Positions 47,497 through 56,912 of a stretch of DNA of 64,000 bases are shown piece by piece. The position numbers were made by a program, and so were the translations under genes. The notes under the pieces were generated by a model that did not search any database, was not told where the DNA came from, and worked only from the letters and a program-made list of their open reading frames with translations. This DNA comes from an uncultured Alistipes sp. (lineage in GTDB: Bacteria > Bacteroidota > Bacteroidia > Bacteroidales > Bacteroidaceae): NCBI GenBank assembly GCA_963590505.1, contig CAVAPC010000008.1, forward strand, positions 32,162-96,161, read 5' to 3'. The stretch's first letter is position 1. Every line of letters begins with the position of its first letter.

Positions 47497-48462
47497 TTAC
47501 TTCATGTATTTCTTGCCGTTCTGGATAACGAGTCCCTTGGCGCTCTTGTCAACGCGCTGTCCTGCCAAATTGTAAATTGGAGCGTTCTCGTTAATTGTGT
47601 TTGTTTGAATTTCGCTGATACCGCTTGTGCCTGCTGTAAATTCAAAACCGCCAAAGCCAATTTGTGTGTTCTTGCAGAAGATATAGTATGTTTCGTTTGC
47701 AGTAGCGTTAAAGTTAAGGTATGCCCAAACCGGACGGTTTCCTGCACCGATAACGTAAGCGTCTGTGCCTTCAGTTCCCTTCATCGGTATGTTCTCCTGA
47801 TAGAGCATGTATCCGTAGAGAGGGCTGCCTTCTTCAACATCGTTGTTCGTTGCCTGCACGTATCCACTTGGTGTGATGTCTGTTCCGAAAGCCAATGCTT
47901 TTGCATCGCTTGCCTTTGCAACGTATACGTCGCGGCTTCCTTTGTTTATCCAAACGGCGACTCTCAATTTGCCGTCTGCCTTTGTTGTCAGTGTGATGTA
48001 GGTTCCGTTCTTTGGCAATCCTGCTGTTCCGTCTGGCAAATAGTAAGAATCGTCCCATTTTGCGCGATAGTTGCCTGTTGGCTCTCCGTCGCTTACGATT
48101 TCCTCCCAGGTAATCTTGTCAAGATTAACGGGATTTCCTTTGCCTTGTACGTAGTAGAACGGAGCCACGGAACCGTCAGCGCTCAATGCCTGCGCTTTTA
48201 TTCCGCCCCAAGTGTTGTCAACTTTTGCTTCCAGCTTGCCGTCAACCAGCGGACCGTCGTTGTAACCGGCAACAGGACCTGATGTGTGTGTGCCGTTTAC
48301 ATTTGTAGTAGCGAACGAAACTACAGACATCGCGTTTGCGTCACTGTTTGCAACGTATTCTGCCTTGAGTGTTCCGTCTGTGTTATTGATTGTCCAAGTT
48401 TCCTGGGAGTTGGCTGCAACGGCACAAAGTGCAGCTGAAACAAGAGTAAAAATCTTTTTCAT
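47497..48462 (-). CDS. secreted protein of unknown function with T9SS C-terminal sorting domain
   Basis: 321 aa with a signal peptide. The C-terminus IYNLAGQRVDKSAKGLVIQNGKKYMK is typical of the Por secretion tail (type A CTD). Confidence 0.7.
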   Translation of the reverse strand: MKKIFTLVSAALCAVAANSQETWTINNTDGTLKAEYVANSDANAMSVVSFATTNVNGTHTSGPVAGYNDGPLVDGKLEAKVDNTWGGIKAQALSADGSVAPFYYVQGKGNPVNLDKITWEEIVSDGEPTGNYRAKWDDSYYLPDGTAGLPKNGTYITLTTKADGKLRVAVWINKGSRDVYVAKASDAKALAFGTDITPSGYVQATNNDVEEGSPLYGYMLYQENIPMKGTEGTDAYVIGAGNRPVWAYLNFNATANETYYIFCKNTQIGFGGFEFTAGTSGISEIQTNTINENAPIYNLAGQRVDKSAKGLVIQNGKKYMK

Positions 48463-48533
48463 TCTAAATTTAGTTTTAAGATTATATTATTAGGTAGATT
48501 ATGATTGTTTTGTGAATAAGTTCACTTTCAATG

Positions 48534-48541
48534 CAAAGATA
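48534..48541 (-). promoter_or_regulatory. candidate -7 promoter box (TATCTTTG on the minus strand)
   Basis: Plus-strand CAAAGATA, 72 bp upstream of the ATG at 48462. Confidence 0.4.
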
Positions 48542-48636
48542 ATAATTATTAGAAAAAGTACACACTAAAATGCTCCATTTTTTTAACCGTTGCATTTTCT
48601 TATTTCCGTAGTACTTTAGGTTCTTACCTTTTTTAC

Positions 48637-48644
48637 TATATTTG
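48637..48644 (+). promoter_or_regulatory. candidate -7 promoter box TATATTTG
   Basis: Matches TAnnTTTG, 41 bp upstream of the ATG at 48685. Confidence 0.45.
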
Positions 48645-48684
48645 CAAGGTATAATCGTTCGTTCTACGAAATAACACTGATACT

Positions 48685-49872
48685 ATGCATAAATTCTTTA
48701 AAATGCCATTGTTGGTGCGCATTGTAATTGCCATCGTGCTTGGTGTAATCTTCGGCCAAGTTGCAAACGACACTTGTGTAAGGTTATTCTTAACTTTCAA
48801 TGGATTGTTCGGACAATTTTTAGGGTTTCTTATACCTATTATTATAGTAGGTCTTGTTACACCGGCCATTGCGGACATTGGCGGAGGAGCAGGAAAGCTT
48901 TTGGCACTTACTGTTTTCGTGGCATTTGCAGACACAGTGATTGCCGGTTATCTGGCCTACGGTACAGGTGAAATACTCTTCCCTTCCATGGTGGCTTCTG
49001 CCGGACAAGTAAACGCTCCCGGTAATGTGGAAACACTGAAGCCGTTTTTTGAATTGCAGATACCCCCTCTCTTTGATGTGATGAGCGCTCTTGTGCTTTC
49101 CTTCGTAATGGGATTGGGCATAGCTTACAAGAGTAGTAAGGTTCTGCATGGGGCTTTCTCTGAATTGCGTGATATCATAGACGCAACTATATCGCGCGTC
49201 GTGATACCTTTGTTGCCCATATACATATTCTCTATATTCTTGAACATGACACATTCGGGAGAGGCATTCCGCATAATAAGTGTCTTTGCTCAGATTATAC
49301 TCGTAATAGTGGTGTTGCATATAGTGATTCTTTTGTATGAATATATTGTAGTTGGGATTGTCTGCGGTCGCAATCCGTTGCGCCTTCTTATAAACATGAT
49401 GCCGGCATATTTCACTGCTTTGGGCACTTCTTCCTCTGCTGCCACAATTCCTGTCACCTTGCGTCAGACGCTAAAGAACGGCGTAAGCGAGGATATCGCT
49501 GGCTTTACTATACCATTGTGTGCCACGATACATCTTTCCGGTTCAATGATGAAGATAACTGCTTGCGCCCTTACTATATGTATGCTCAACGGTGTTCCTC
49601 ATGATATCATGCTTTTTACGCATTTCATGCTTCTTCTTGCGATATGTATGGTAGCTGCTCCTGGAGTGCCTGGAGGGGCGGTGATGGCAGCTCTCGCTCC
49701 GCTTGCTTCCGTATTGGGCTTTGATGCCGACATGCAGGCCTTGATGATTGCGCTTTACATAGCCATGGACAGTTTTGGCACGGCTTGTAATGTCACGGGC
49801 GACGGTGCGATAGCAATATTGATAGACAGAATAAAAAATGTAGCAAAGCGAAAAACAGTAAAAACCAACTGA
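48685..49872 (+). CDS. dicarboxylate/amino acid:cation symporter family protein (SstT-like serine/threonine transporter)
   Basis: 395 aa, polytopic. Blocks collinear with DAACS/SstT proteins: FTALGTSSSAATIPVTL, IPLCATIHLSGSMMKIT, APGVPGGAVMAAL, MDSFGTACNVTGDG. Confidence 0.8.
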   Translation: MHKFFKMPLLVRIVIAIVLGVIFGQVANDTCVRLFLTFNGLFGQFLGFLIPIIIVGLVTPAIADIGGGAGKLLALTVFVAFADTVIAGYLAYGTGEILFPSMVASAGQVNAPGNVETLKPFFELQIPPLFDVMSALVLSFVMGLGIAYKSSKVLHGAFSELRDIIDATISRVVIPLLPIYIFSIFLNMTHSGEAFRIISVFAQIILVIVVLHIVILLYEYIVVGIVCGRNPLRLLINMMPAYFTALGTSSSAATIPVTLRQTLKNGVSEDIAGFTIPLCATIHLSGSMMKITACALTICMLNGVPHDIMLFTHFMLLLAICMVAAPGVPGGAVMAALAPLASVLGFDADMQALMIALYIAMDSFGTACNVTGDGAIAILIDRIKNVAKRKTVKTN

Positions 49873-50065
49873 TCATCCAAATTCATTTGCTAGTCTTTGG
49901 GTTTTGGTTGAAAATAAAAAGTAAACAAACATTTTGTTTCAGTAACAATAATTGCTTTTGTTCTTTGTTTTCTGTGAGAATTGTTATAATTTTGCATTCG
50001 TTAAATGTTGTAGAGATTTTTTTTGTAACATCTTTGCAACGATGTGAAACCGAAACAAATAACTT

Positions 50066-50554
50066 ATGGCAAACAGTGCAAGAAGAAAGATTGCTACTGC
50101 TGTTTTAGCAATGCTGGTTACTGCAACTTATGCTGACAACGAGAATATTTCCGTGGTTACTGCCAACGGAACAACCTCGTTTGACATAGAAAGCGTAGGG
50201 CGCATTGATTTCAGCGAAGCCGGAATAACAGTTGTATCTACTGACAATGGTGAAACGACGTTCGCCTTCGAGGAAATCAGAAAAATAGTATTTTCTGAAA
50301 CAGAAACGGGTATTCAACCACAGACGGTTGTGAGAAAATCAAAGTTGACGCTTACCTTGTTCGATTCCGGAAGGCAACTTAGAGTAAACGGCTGGACAGC
50401 CGATAAAGCGACCGAACTAACGGTCTTTGCCCTAACAGGAGAAAGAACTGTACAGAAAGGCGGATGGAACGGTGAAACAGTAGATATTTCATCGCTTCCA
50501 CATGGTGTCTATGTTGTGAAAGTGGGCAACGAAGTTGCAAAATTCAGAAAATAG
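50066..50554 (+). CDS. small secreted protein with T9SS C-terminal sorting domain
   Basis: 162 aa. Internal duplicated motif VVTANGTTSFDIESVGRIDFSE / VVSTDNGETTFAFEEIRKIVFSE. CTD-like tail LTVFALTGERTV...DISSLPHGVYVVKVGNEVAKFRK. Confidence 0.65.
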   Translation: MANSARRKIATAVLAMLVTATYADNENISVVTANGTTSFDIESVGRIDFSEAGITVVSTDNGETTFAFEEIRKIVFSETETGIQPQTVVRKSKLTLTLFDSGRQLRVNGWTADKATELTVFALTGERTVQKGGWNGETVDISSLPHGVYVVKVGNEVAKFRK

Positions 50555-50604
50555 CAGTGCTCTTCTAGCACATTCCCCCAAAAACAAACAAAAACATTAT
50601 TCTT

Positions 50605-51831
50605 ATGAAAAAGACAATACTTTCCTTGTTCTGTATGGTATTGGCAACTTTTGCTTCTGCACAGACAAAATCAACATTCGTCCACATGAAATCGGGCGAA
50701 ATAAAAGAGATTCCTTATAGTGAAATAGACAGTATCACCTTTGGCAACCATGTTGATTACGACAAAGAACTGAAGGCAGAATATACAAAGAACATATATT
50801 ATGGCGGTGGACAATATATGGTTCACCTTAGCGATGCTCCTATAAGCGATAGCGGATTGCCGACAGAAGTAGGGCAAACGGTGCTGCGCTTTGTGGCATT
50901 CAATGTTGAGGACCCTGACGGAAAAAACGCTCAATTGCCAAGTGGAACATATTCTTCTGATTTGGAATCGTTTGCCGAATGGTCTCTTTACAACAACGAA
51001 TCTTATCTTTGTGTAATGGTTTGCACAGGAATCGTAGACGGACAGGTTGACGGCTATTCAGTTCCCCTTACTACGGCAAAGGCACGCGTAAAGAACAACA
51101 ACGGTAATTATTACATTGATTTTACCGGTGACACAGGTGAGAAATACGATAACGTGGATTTCCAGACAATCCGCATTACATACAGCGGAGAATTGGCTTT
51201 CGACAACCAGGATCCAAAGAGTTATAATAAACTTTCAGAAGACGTGACTATGGTTCCAACAGCGATTTCCGGACGTTATACAAATTCTGATAATTACGGA
51301 AACTATTCCATAGCGCTTTACAACTGTCCTCTTGACAGCGACGGCTATATCATTGGCGCGGGAGAACTGATGAATTTCGAGATTTTGACGGCACCTGGTG
51401 CACCGATGGACATAAACAACATTGCCGGCGACTACACAGTTGCATCAGTTACAGAAGGTCCCTATGAAGCAGGAAAAGTGCTTTCCGGAACTCTTTATGA
51501 GTACTACGGCATGTATATACCGATGGGTACATATTATACTTCGTATGGAAGTGATGGTTCTTCAACAAACACATATGGATTTGTTACTGGCGGAACCGCT
51601 AATTTTTCTACCGACGGAACGAATGTGACTTTCAATTGCAACTTTGAAGTGGAAGGCGGAAAGAAACTCACAGTTAATTACACCGGTCCTGTAAGTGGCA
51701 TATCAGACTATACAAGCGGATCCACATCTTATGCCCCTGCGTTGAAGAGCAATGTCGTAACTCCTTTGAGAGCTGTTGGTGCGGTCAATGTATTCAAGGC
51801 AGTGCCTGCATTGAAACTCATCAAGAAATAA
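50605..51831 (+). CDS. secreted hypothetical protein
   Basis: 408 aa. Signal peptide MKKTILSLFCMVLATFASAQ. The N-terminal segment FVHMKSGEIKEIPYSEIDSITFGN resembles the repeat in the upstream ORF. Composition is rich in Gly, Tyr, Thr and Asn, which suggests a beta-rich fold. Confidence 0.55.
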   Translation: MKKTILSLFCMVLATFASAQTKSTFVHMKSGEIKEIPYSEIDSITFGNHVDYDKELKAEYTKNIYYGGGQYMVHLSDAPISDSGLPTEVGQTVLRFVAFNVEDPDGKNAQLPSGTYSSDLESFAEWSLYNNESYLCVMVCTGIVDGQVDGYSVPLTTAKARVKNNNGNYYIDFTGDTGEKYDNVDFQTIRITYSGELAFDNQDPKSYNKLSEDVTMVPTAISGRYTNSDNYGNYSIALYNCPLDSDGYIIGAGELMNFEILTAPGAPMDINNIAGDYTVASVTEGPYEAGKVLSGTLYEYYGMYIPMGTYYTSYGSDGSSTNTYGFVTGGTANFSTDGTNVTFNCNFEVEGGKKLTVNYTGPVSGISDYTSGSTSYAPALKSNVVTPLRAVGAVNVFKAVPALKLIKK

Positions 51832-51874
51832 TACTGCTCAATTATTGCAGATAAAATTCCCAATAAAAAAAGTA

Positions 51875-51920
51875 AAAGATAGTTCCATTGCTTCTGATTT
51901 TTTGCATTGGAACTATCTTT
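51875..51920. terminator. bidirectional terminator between convergent genes
   Basis: AAAGATAGTTCCA (51875-51887) / TGGAACTATCTTT (51908-51920), a perfect 13-bp stem with A-run and T-run flanks. Confidence 0.65.
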
Positions 51921-51979
51921 TTTTATAAGTCTTTTCGACTGGTTCTTGTCTGATGTTCAACTATTTGCAGAACTTGACG

Positions 51980-54900
51980 TTATTCGTTGCCATTTCTTTT
52001 GGTTTGCCTATATTCCAGCGGGGGCATGCCGTATTTTTTCTTGAAGCATTTGCCGAAATAGCTTGATTCCTTGAATCCCACAGCAAAGGCAATTTCCTGT
52101 GCACTTTTGTCGGTTGTCACAACGAGGTGTCTTGCCTTGCCCAAACGTATTTCTTTTACAAGATCTGCGGGTGCAAAACCTGTCAGACTCTTCAGCTTCT
52201 TGAAAAAGGAAGAGCGGCTCAAACCTGCGCTTTCTGCCAGAGTGTCAACGTTGAAGCTTTGGTCATCCAAGTGTTCATCAATTATTCCTTTTATGCGTTC
52301 AACGAAATCCAGGTCGTTTTTCGCCAAGTGTTGTTCATATTGACCGTCGTATGCATCGTTGTCATGCTGCTGGTCTTTCATCAGCACAATCTTGCGTTGG
52401 AACACACTCTGCTCTTTCAGCAGTTGTTCTATTCTTGCCATCAGCATGTCGTGGCTGAACGGTTTTGTTATGAATGCGTTGGCGCCGTTGGCTATGGCGT
52501 GTAACTTGTCTGTATCGCTGTTCTTTGCAGTAAGCACTATTATTGGCACGTGGCTGACGCTAAAGTCTTTGCGCACGCGTTTAATAAGCTCCACACCGTC
52601 CATGCGCGGCATCATGAGGTCTGTTATTATCAAGTCTGGATGGCACGCTTTGATTTTCTCAATTCCTTCCACTCCGTCTTCTGCGTCAACCACGCTGAAT
52701 TTGTGGCGCAGCTGCATCGTCAGCATGCGCCTGAGGTCGCTGTTGTCTTCAACCAGCACGATGAGCGGGCGTTCGTCAACGTCAGGACTGGTGCGTTCGT
52801 TATTATGTTCCACATCATTGTGATTGTCGTCTGCCATTTCTGACCCTGTTGAACATTCCTTGGACGTTAGTGCATCAGTTGTGTTGTCGTCGAAATAAAT
52901 CTCCGTCTTGTCTTCGTTGAAGGCTTCGCGTTGTGTGGGAATCTCTATTGTGAATGCCACTCCTCCGGTAGACAAGTTTTCTGCCCATATCTTTCCGTGG
53001 TGCATCTGCACGAATTCGCGTGCCAGACTTAGTCCAATTCCGGTTCCTGCATGCTGCGAGTCACCGGCAGTGGTGTTGCTGGCCATAGAGAAACGCTCGA
53101 AAATGTTTTCCAATTGTTCTTCCGGTATAGATGCCCCGTCGTCTTCAATACGTATAATGGCCGTATGTTCCGCAGGATTTTCCTTTAGAACCACGTCAAT
53201 GTGTCCACCGTGATAGGTGTATTTGAATGCGTTGTTGATAAGGTTGTTAAGTATTATTCCTATCTTTTCGGCGTCACACCATGCCATTATTCGGTCAGGC
53301 ATTGTGAAATTCAGGCTTATGCCGCGTTCCTTTGCCGCCAAACTGTATTCTTCGCGGTATATTGCAGCAATGCCGTTTAGATAGGTATTGGTAAGATGTA
53401 GTGGCATTTTGCCGTTTTGTACTTTTCGGAAGTCAAGTATTTGGTTTATCAGATGCAGCATCTTTGATGCGTTGCGGTCAATCAGTCTGATGTATTCCTT
53501 TCCTTCGCGCGACAGTTTCTCGCCCCGTTTCAATGCTTCCACCGGAGCTTTTATCAAAGTGAGCGGCGTGCGCAGTTCGTGACTGATATTTGTAAAGAAG
53601 CGTATTTTCAGTTCAGCCAGTCTGTTGTTGATGTATATTTCGTTTCGCATGCGCACCATAGACAATATTATGCGAACGGCACCTGTAATTGCTGCACCAA
53701 TCAACAATATATATATAAGGTAAGCCCACCACGTGGCCCACCATGGTGGCAGAACAGTAATGTGCAAAATACATTCGGGCGAGTTTCCGTCGATAGACCT
53801 TACGCGGAATGTGTAGTGTCCCGGTGGTACGTTGGCATAAGATGCAACTTTGCTGTTGTCGCCAGTGTGCCATTGATTTTCGTATCCGTCAAGGATATAT
53901 GTGAAAGCCGTGTTGAGATTGCCGCAGAATTTCAGTGCGGCAAATTCAATAGAGAACATGTTTTGGTCGTGGCTTAGGGTTATTGTTTTTGCATAGGTGG
54001 GCGCAATGTCTGTTATTGGCGGGTCAAAGCTCGAAAGACTGCGGTTTTGCACTTTAAAGTCAACTATGAAAGTTTTGTATCGACGCTTCCCTATGTTTTC
54101 AACTTCGTTTGGATTGAACATCACTATACCTTGTCTGCTGCCGATAAGAACTTTGCCGTTGTTCATGCATATGGTGGCATTGTCTTCTATGTCGCTGTTT
54201 ATGAAACCGTCTAGGTAGCCGTAGCTTAACACTTGGCTTCCGTTTTGGGCAATGCAAGCTATACCGTTTTCTGTTGTGAACCATATCCGGTGCCGTTGAT
54301 CCTCTACCAGTGCGGAGACGATGGTTCCCTGCAGACCGTTGTCTGCAAGAGTTTCCGTTGTCAGTCGGCCGGTATTCCTGTCATAGTCCGTTATTTTGTT
54401 CAGTCCGTTGCCGAATACGCTTAGCCACACCGTGCCTTTTGAATCTTTTAGAATGCAGAAGATATCGTTGTCAACAACTTCCTTGTTTCCTTCTTTGCGG
54501 AAGTTGTTGAATGAAATGCGTTTGGGATCAATCTCTTTTGTGTCAAAAGCCAGGAGACCGTCGGTCGTTGCAACCCACATGGTATGGTTGTTGTCTTCCA
54601 CCACCTGGCGTACACTCATGTAAAGGTCGTTGGCCGGATAATTTTTCAAAAGGTTATTCCTGTTGATGAAGCGCACCTTTCCGCCTTTGTTGTCAATCAT
54701 GTTCAGTCCGCCACCGTATGTACATACCCATATCCGTCCGTTTGAGTCTTCGTAACTGTAGTACACTTTGTCGCTGCTTAGCGAAAAACGGTCTGCGTTA
54801 TTGTGTCGGTAGAATGTCAGTCGTAGTCCTTGGCTGCTGTTTTTGTCGGGTGTTCCTTTTATAAGTCCGCCCCCCTTCGATGAGAACCAGTAGTTTCCAT

Positions 54901-56407
54901 GTCTGTCTTTCATTATATGGTAGACTATGCCCATTTCGGAACCGAATTTTCTTTTGGTCTTTCCGGTTTTTCCGTCCACACAGTAAAGGTTTTGCTGGCG
55001 CGTACCAATCCATATGTCGCCGTCTGAAGCCTGATACAGAGCTCTCACGCCGTAGTTGTTGTCGTTGTATCCCACGTCGTCCTTCAGAAGGGTAGGGAAG
55101 AGAAGGCTAACGTTGTATTGAGGAAAGCGGATTTTGTATAGACCATCGGTTATTGACGATAGCCAAAGTATGCCTTCTTTGTCGAGATCCATGTCGTAGA
55201 ACGACGGTTTAGCCGCATCCTTTGCAGTATTAAACGCAAACGATAACTGATTCTGGCTCTTTTCCTTGTTGACATTCAGTTCTCCGATGGATGATGTCTT
55301 TCTGTCGTATTTCCAAATCTTTCCGTTTCTGAGCAATATGAACAGGCCGTTTTTCCCTGCATCGCAGAATTTCGCTGCGTCAAGCGTTGCTTTTTGTGGC
55401 GTAGGCCAGTTCCTCACGGCATGTGTCTTGGGGTTAAACATTGTCAGTCCGCCTTGCAGTCCGTACAGCCATAGCATGCCGTCTTTTGCGATGAAAGCCG
55501 ATTCTGCTTTTGTTTTTATGCTTGCCGCTTTGCGTCCGTTGTGGAATATGACGTTGTCTGTCGTTGCATAGATATCGTAGCCTTTAGCAGCTATTGCCGT
55601 TACCTTTTGTCTTTGTGGAAGTTGTTGCTGTTGAACTTTTCCGTTTGACAGGTCTACGGTAATAATGCTTCCGTCAGATGTTCCTATGTGTATGCGTTGC
55701 CACGACTTGGCAAAGCAAGTGGGTTCGGTTTTATGTTGCAAAATTCCAAGCAGTTTCTTTCCTGTCAGTCGTTTTCCTTTTACTGCAATCTGTGTCTCGT
55801 AGTTCGGCCCGAGCCAAAACACGTATTTTGCGTTTTCCCCAGCCACGTTATGACGCAGTTTCATTGTTGCCGGGTCTATGTCTTTTTCTGAGTTGTGAAT
55901 CAGTTCAATGTGTGAGAGGCCGTTCTTGTCGGTATAAACTTCATAAATGTTCTTGTTGCGTGTATAGATAAGAACATTGCCGTTGTCTATTGTCTGCACC
56001 TTTATAACCCTTAGGTTAGGCGATGCCTTTTCCAGTTCAGCATACATGTCGTGAAATGAGCCGTGTGTCTTGTCGAATCTGTAGAACCGGTTCTCGGTAG
56101 TGCGCATCCAGAGATTGTTTGCCCTGTCTTCAACAATGTTTATTACCTTGCGTGGCGGTATGTCGGAGTTGTTGTTGCGCCTTTTGGTGTAAGGATTGAA
56201 GCTTGTTCCGTTGAAAGAGCATAGGCCATACCACGAACCGGTCCAAATGAAGCCGTCGTGGTCTTTCATTGTACAGTAAACTGTATTCGACGGCATGCCA
56301 TTGTCCGTTGAATATCTCATGACAATCATTTCCGTCTGTGCGTCAGCGTTGACTGTTGGCAAGACGGTGAGAAAGAGTATATGTAGCAGGAGACGCAAAG
56401 ATTTCAT
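51980..56407 (-). CDS. hybrid two-component system sensor kinase / response regulator with AraC-type HTH (HTCS)
   Basis: 1475 aa. Signal peptide and a long periplasmic beta-propeller-type repeat region. Y_Y_Y-like FTYILDGYENQWH, then TM WWAYLIYILLIGAAITGAV. H-box FFTNISHELRTPLTLI, ATPase GTGIGLSLAREFVQMHHGKIWAE, receiver LIVLVEDNSDL...IITDLMMPRMDG, and AraC HTH IAFAVGFKESSYFGKCFKKKYGMPP. Confidence 0.9.
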   Translation of the reverse strand: MKSLRLLLHILFLTVLPTVNADAQTEMIVMRYSTDNGMPSNTVYCTMKDHDGFIWTGSWYGLCSFNGTSFNPYTKRRNNNSDIPPRKVINIVEDRANNLWMRTTENRFYRFDKTHGSFHDMYAELEKASPNLRVIKVQTIDNGNVLIYTRNKNIYEVYTDKNGLSHIELIHNSEKDIDPATMKLRHNVAGENAKYVFWLGPNYETQIAVKGKRLTGKKLLGILQHKTEPTCFAKSWQRIHIGTSDGSIITVDLSNGKVQQQQLPQRQKVTAIAAKGYDIYATTDNVIFHNGRKAASIKTKAESAFIAKDGMLWLYGLQGGLTMFNPKTHAVRNWPTPQKATLDAAKFCDAGKNGLFILLRNGKIWKYDRKTSSIGELNVNKEKSQNQLSFAFNTAKDAAKPSFYDMDLDKEGILWLSSITDGLYKIRFPQYNVSLLFPTLLKDDVGYNDNNYGVRALYQASDGDIWIGTRQQNLYCVDGKTGKTKRKFGSEMGIVYHIMKDRHGNYWFSSKGGGLIKGTPDKNSSQGLRLTFYRHNNADRFSLSSDKVYYSYEDSNGRIWVCTYGGGLNMIDNKGGKVRFINRNNLLKNYPANDLYMSVRQVVEDNNHTMWVATTDGLLAFDTKEIDPKRISFNNFRKEGNKEVVDNDIFCILKDSKGTVWLSVFGNGLNKITDYDRNTGRLTTETLADNGLQGTIVSALVEDQRHRIWFTTENGIACIAQNGSQVLSYGYLDGFINSDIEDNATICMNNGKVLIGSRQGIVMFNPNEVENIGKRRYKTFIVDFKVQNRSLSSFDPPITDIAPTYAKTITLSHDQNMFSIEFAALKFCGNLNTAFTYILDGYENQWHTGDNSKVASYANVPPGHYTFRVRSIDGNSPECILHITVLPPWWATWWAYLIYILLIGAAITGAVRIILSMVRMRNEIYINNRLAELKIRFFTNISHELRTPLTLIKAPVEALKRGEKLSREGKEYIRLIDRNASKMLHLINQILDFRKVQNGKMPLHLTNTYLNGIAAIYREEYSLAAKERGISLNFTMPDRIMAWCDAEKIGIILNNLINNAFKYTYHGGHIDVVLKENPAEHTAIIRIEDDGASIPEEQLENIFERFSMASNTTAGDSQHAGTGIGLSLAREFVQMHHGKIWAENLSTGGVAFTIEIPTQREAFNEDKTEIYFDDNTTDALTSKECSTGSEMADDNHNDVEHNNERTSPDVDERPLIVLVEDNSDLRRMLTMQLRHKFSVVDAEDGVEGIEKIKACHPDLIITDLMMPRMDGVELIKRVRKDFSVSHVPIIVLTAKNSDTDKLHAIANGANAFITKPFSHDMLMARIEQLLKEQSVFQRKIVLMKDQQHDNDAYDGQYEQHLAKNDLDFVERIKGIIDEHLDDQSFNVDTLAESAGLSRSSFFKKLKSLTGFAPADLVKEIRLGKARHLVVTTDKSAQEIAFAVGFKESSYFGKCFKKKYGMPPLEYRQTKRNGNE

Positions 56408-56502
56408 ATCCGCAATGGTTAAGTCATTAGAATTGTTTTCCTATCCTAAGCGAGCGGCGCAAATTGGCGTTAATGCGTCATTCTTTGGCGCCATTCTCCT
56501 GC

Positions 56503-56510
56503 CAAAGATA
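56503..56510 (-). promoter_or_regulatory. candidate -7 promoter box (TATCTTTG on the minus strand) for the HTCS gene
   Basis: Plus-strand CAAAGATA, 96 bp upstream of the ATG at 56407. Confidence 0.35.
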
Positions 56511-56540
56511 CTTTAAATATTTTGAATACAGAAAAAATAA

Positions 56541-56567
56541 AAGGCGGGAATGTGTTGTTCCCGCCTT
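56541..56567 (-). terminator. Rho-independent terminator (minus strand)
   Basis: AAGGCGGGAA (56541-56550) / TTCCCGCCTT (56558-56567), a 10-bp perfect stem. On the minus strand it is followed by TTTTATTTTTTC. Confidence 0.65.
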
Positions 56568-56681
56568 GATACAGTCTTTTTATTGTTGTAATAACTATAA
56601 ACTAATTCCTGAAAACAATTTTATTTATCAGAGTTATGATATGAAGTTTTAACGGTATATTCTTTCCTTTTGGCTTTATGT

Positions 56682-56822
56682 TTACGCCATCCTGTTGTTT
56701 ATTGCAAGCATTATGCGCATTTTCAGTTCTGCCTTTTCCTCGTTTGAGAGAGGCTTCGCAGCATATACCTTTTTCTTTGAAGCGATATGCCGTTCTTTGT
56801 AGTCTTTGTAATTGTTAGTCAT
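56682..56822 (-). CDS. 46-aa hypothetical ORF downstream of the sigma factor (below the ORF-track cutoff)
   Basis: My translation is MTNNYKDYKERHIASKKKVYAAKPLSNEEKAELKMRIMLAINNRMA. It starts 91 bp after the sigma-factor stop and ends upstream of the 56541-56567 terminator. No TM segment and no recognisable motif. Confidence 0.25.
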   Translation of the reverse strand: MTNNYKDYKERHIASKKKVYAAKPLSNEEKAELKMRIMLAINNRMA

Positions 56823-56912
56823 TTCCTTTCGTGTCTTAATTGAGCAGTAAATTTATCAAATCATTTATAAGACGGCGTTAGGTTGACTTTGTAATCAATT
56901 ATTCCGATTTTT

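Noticed and set aside
47440-48282. 280-aa plus-strand Cys-rich ORF
   Set aside because: It lies entirely antisense to the T9SS cargo gene, which has a signal peptide and a canonical CTD. Its Cys/Val-rich low-complexity translation is typical of the reverse frame. No promoter box or RBS context was seen.
50029-50036. Near-consensus -7 box CATCTTTG upstream of the 50066 gene
   Set aside because: It has a mismatch at the conserved first position of TAnnTTTG, so I did not list it as a feature. It may still be the promoter.
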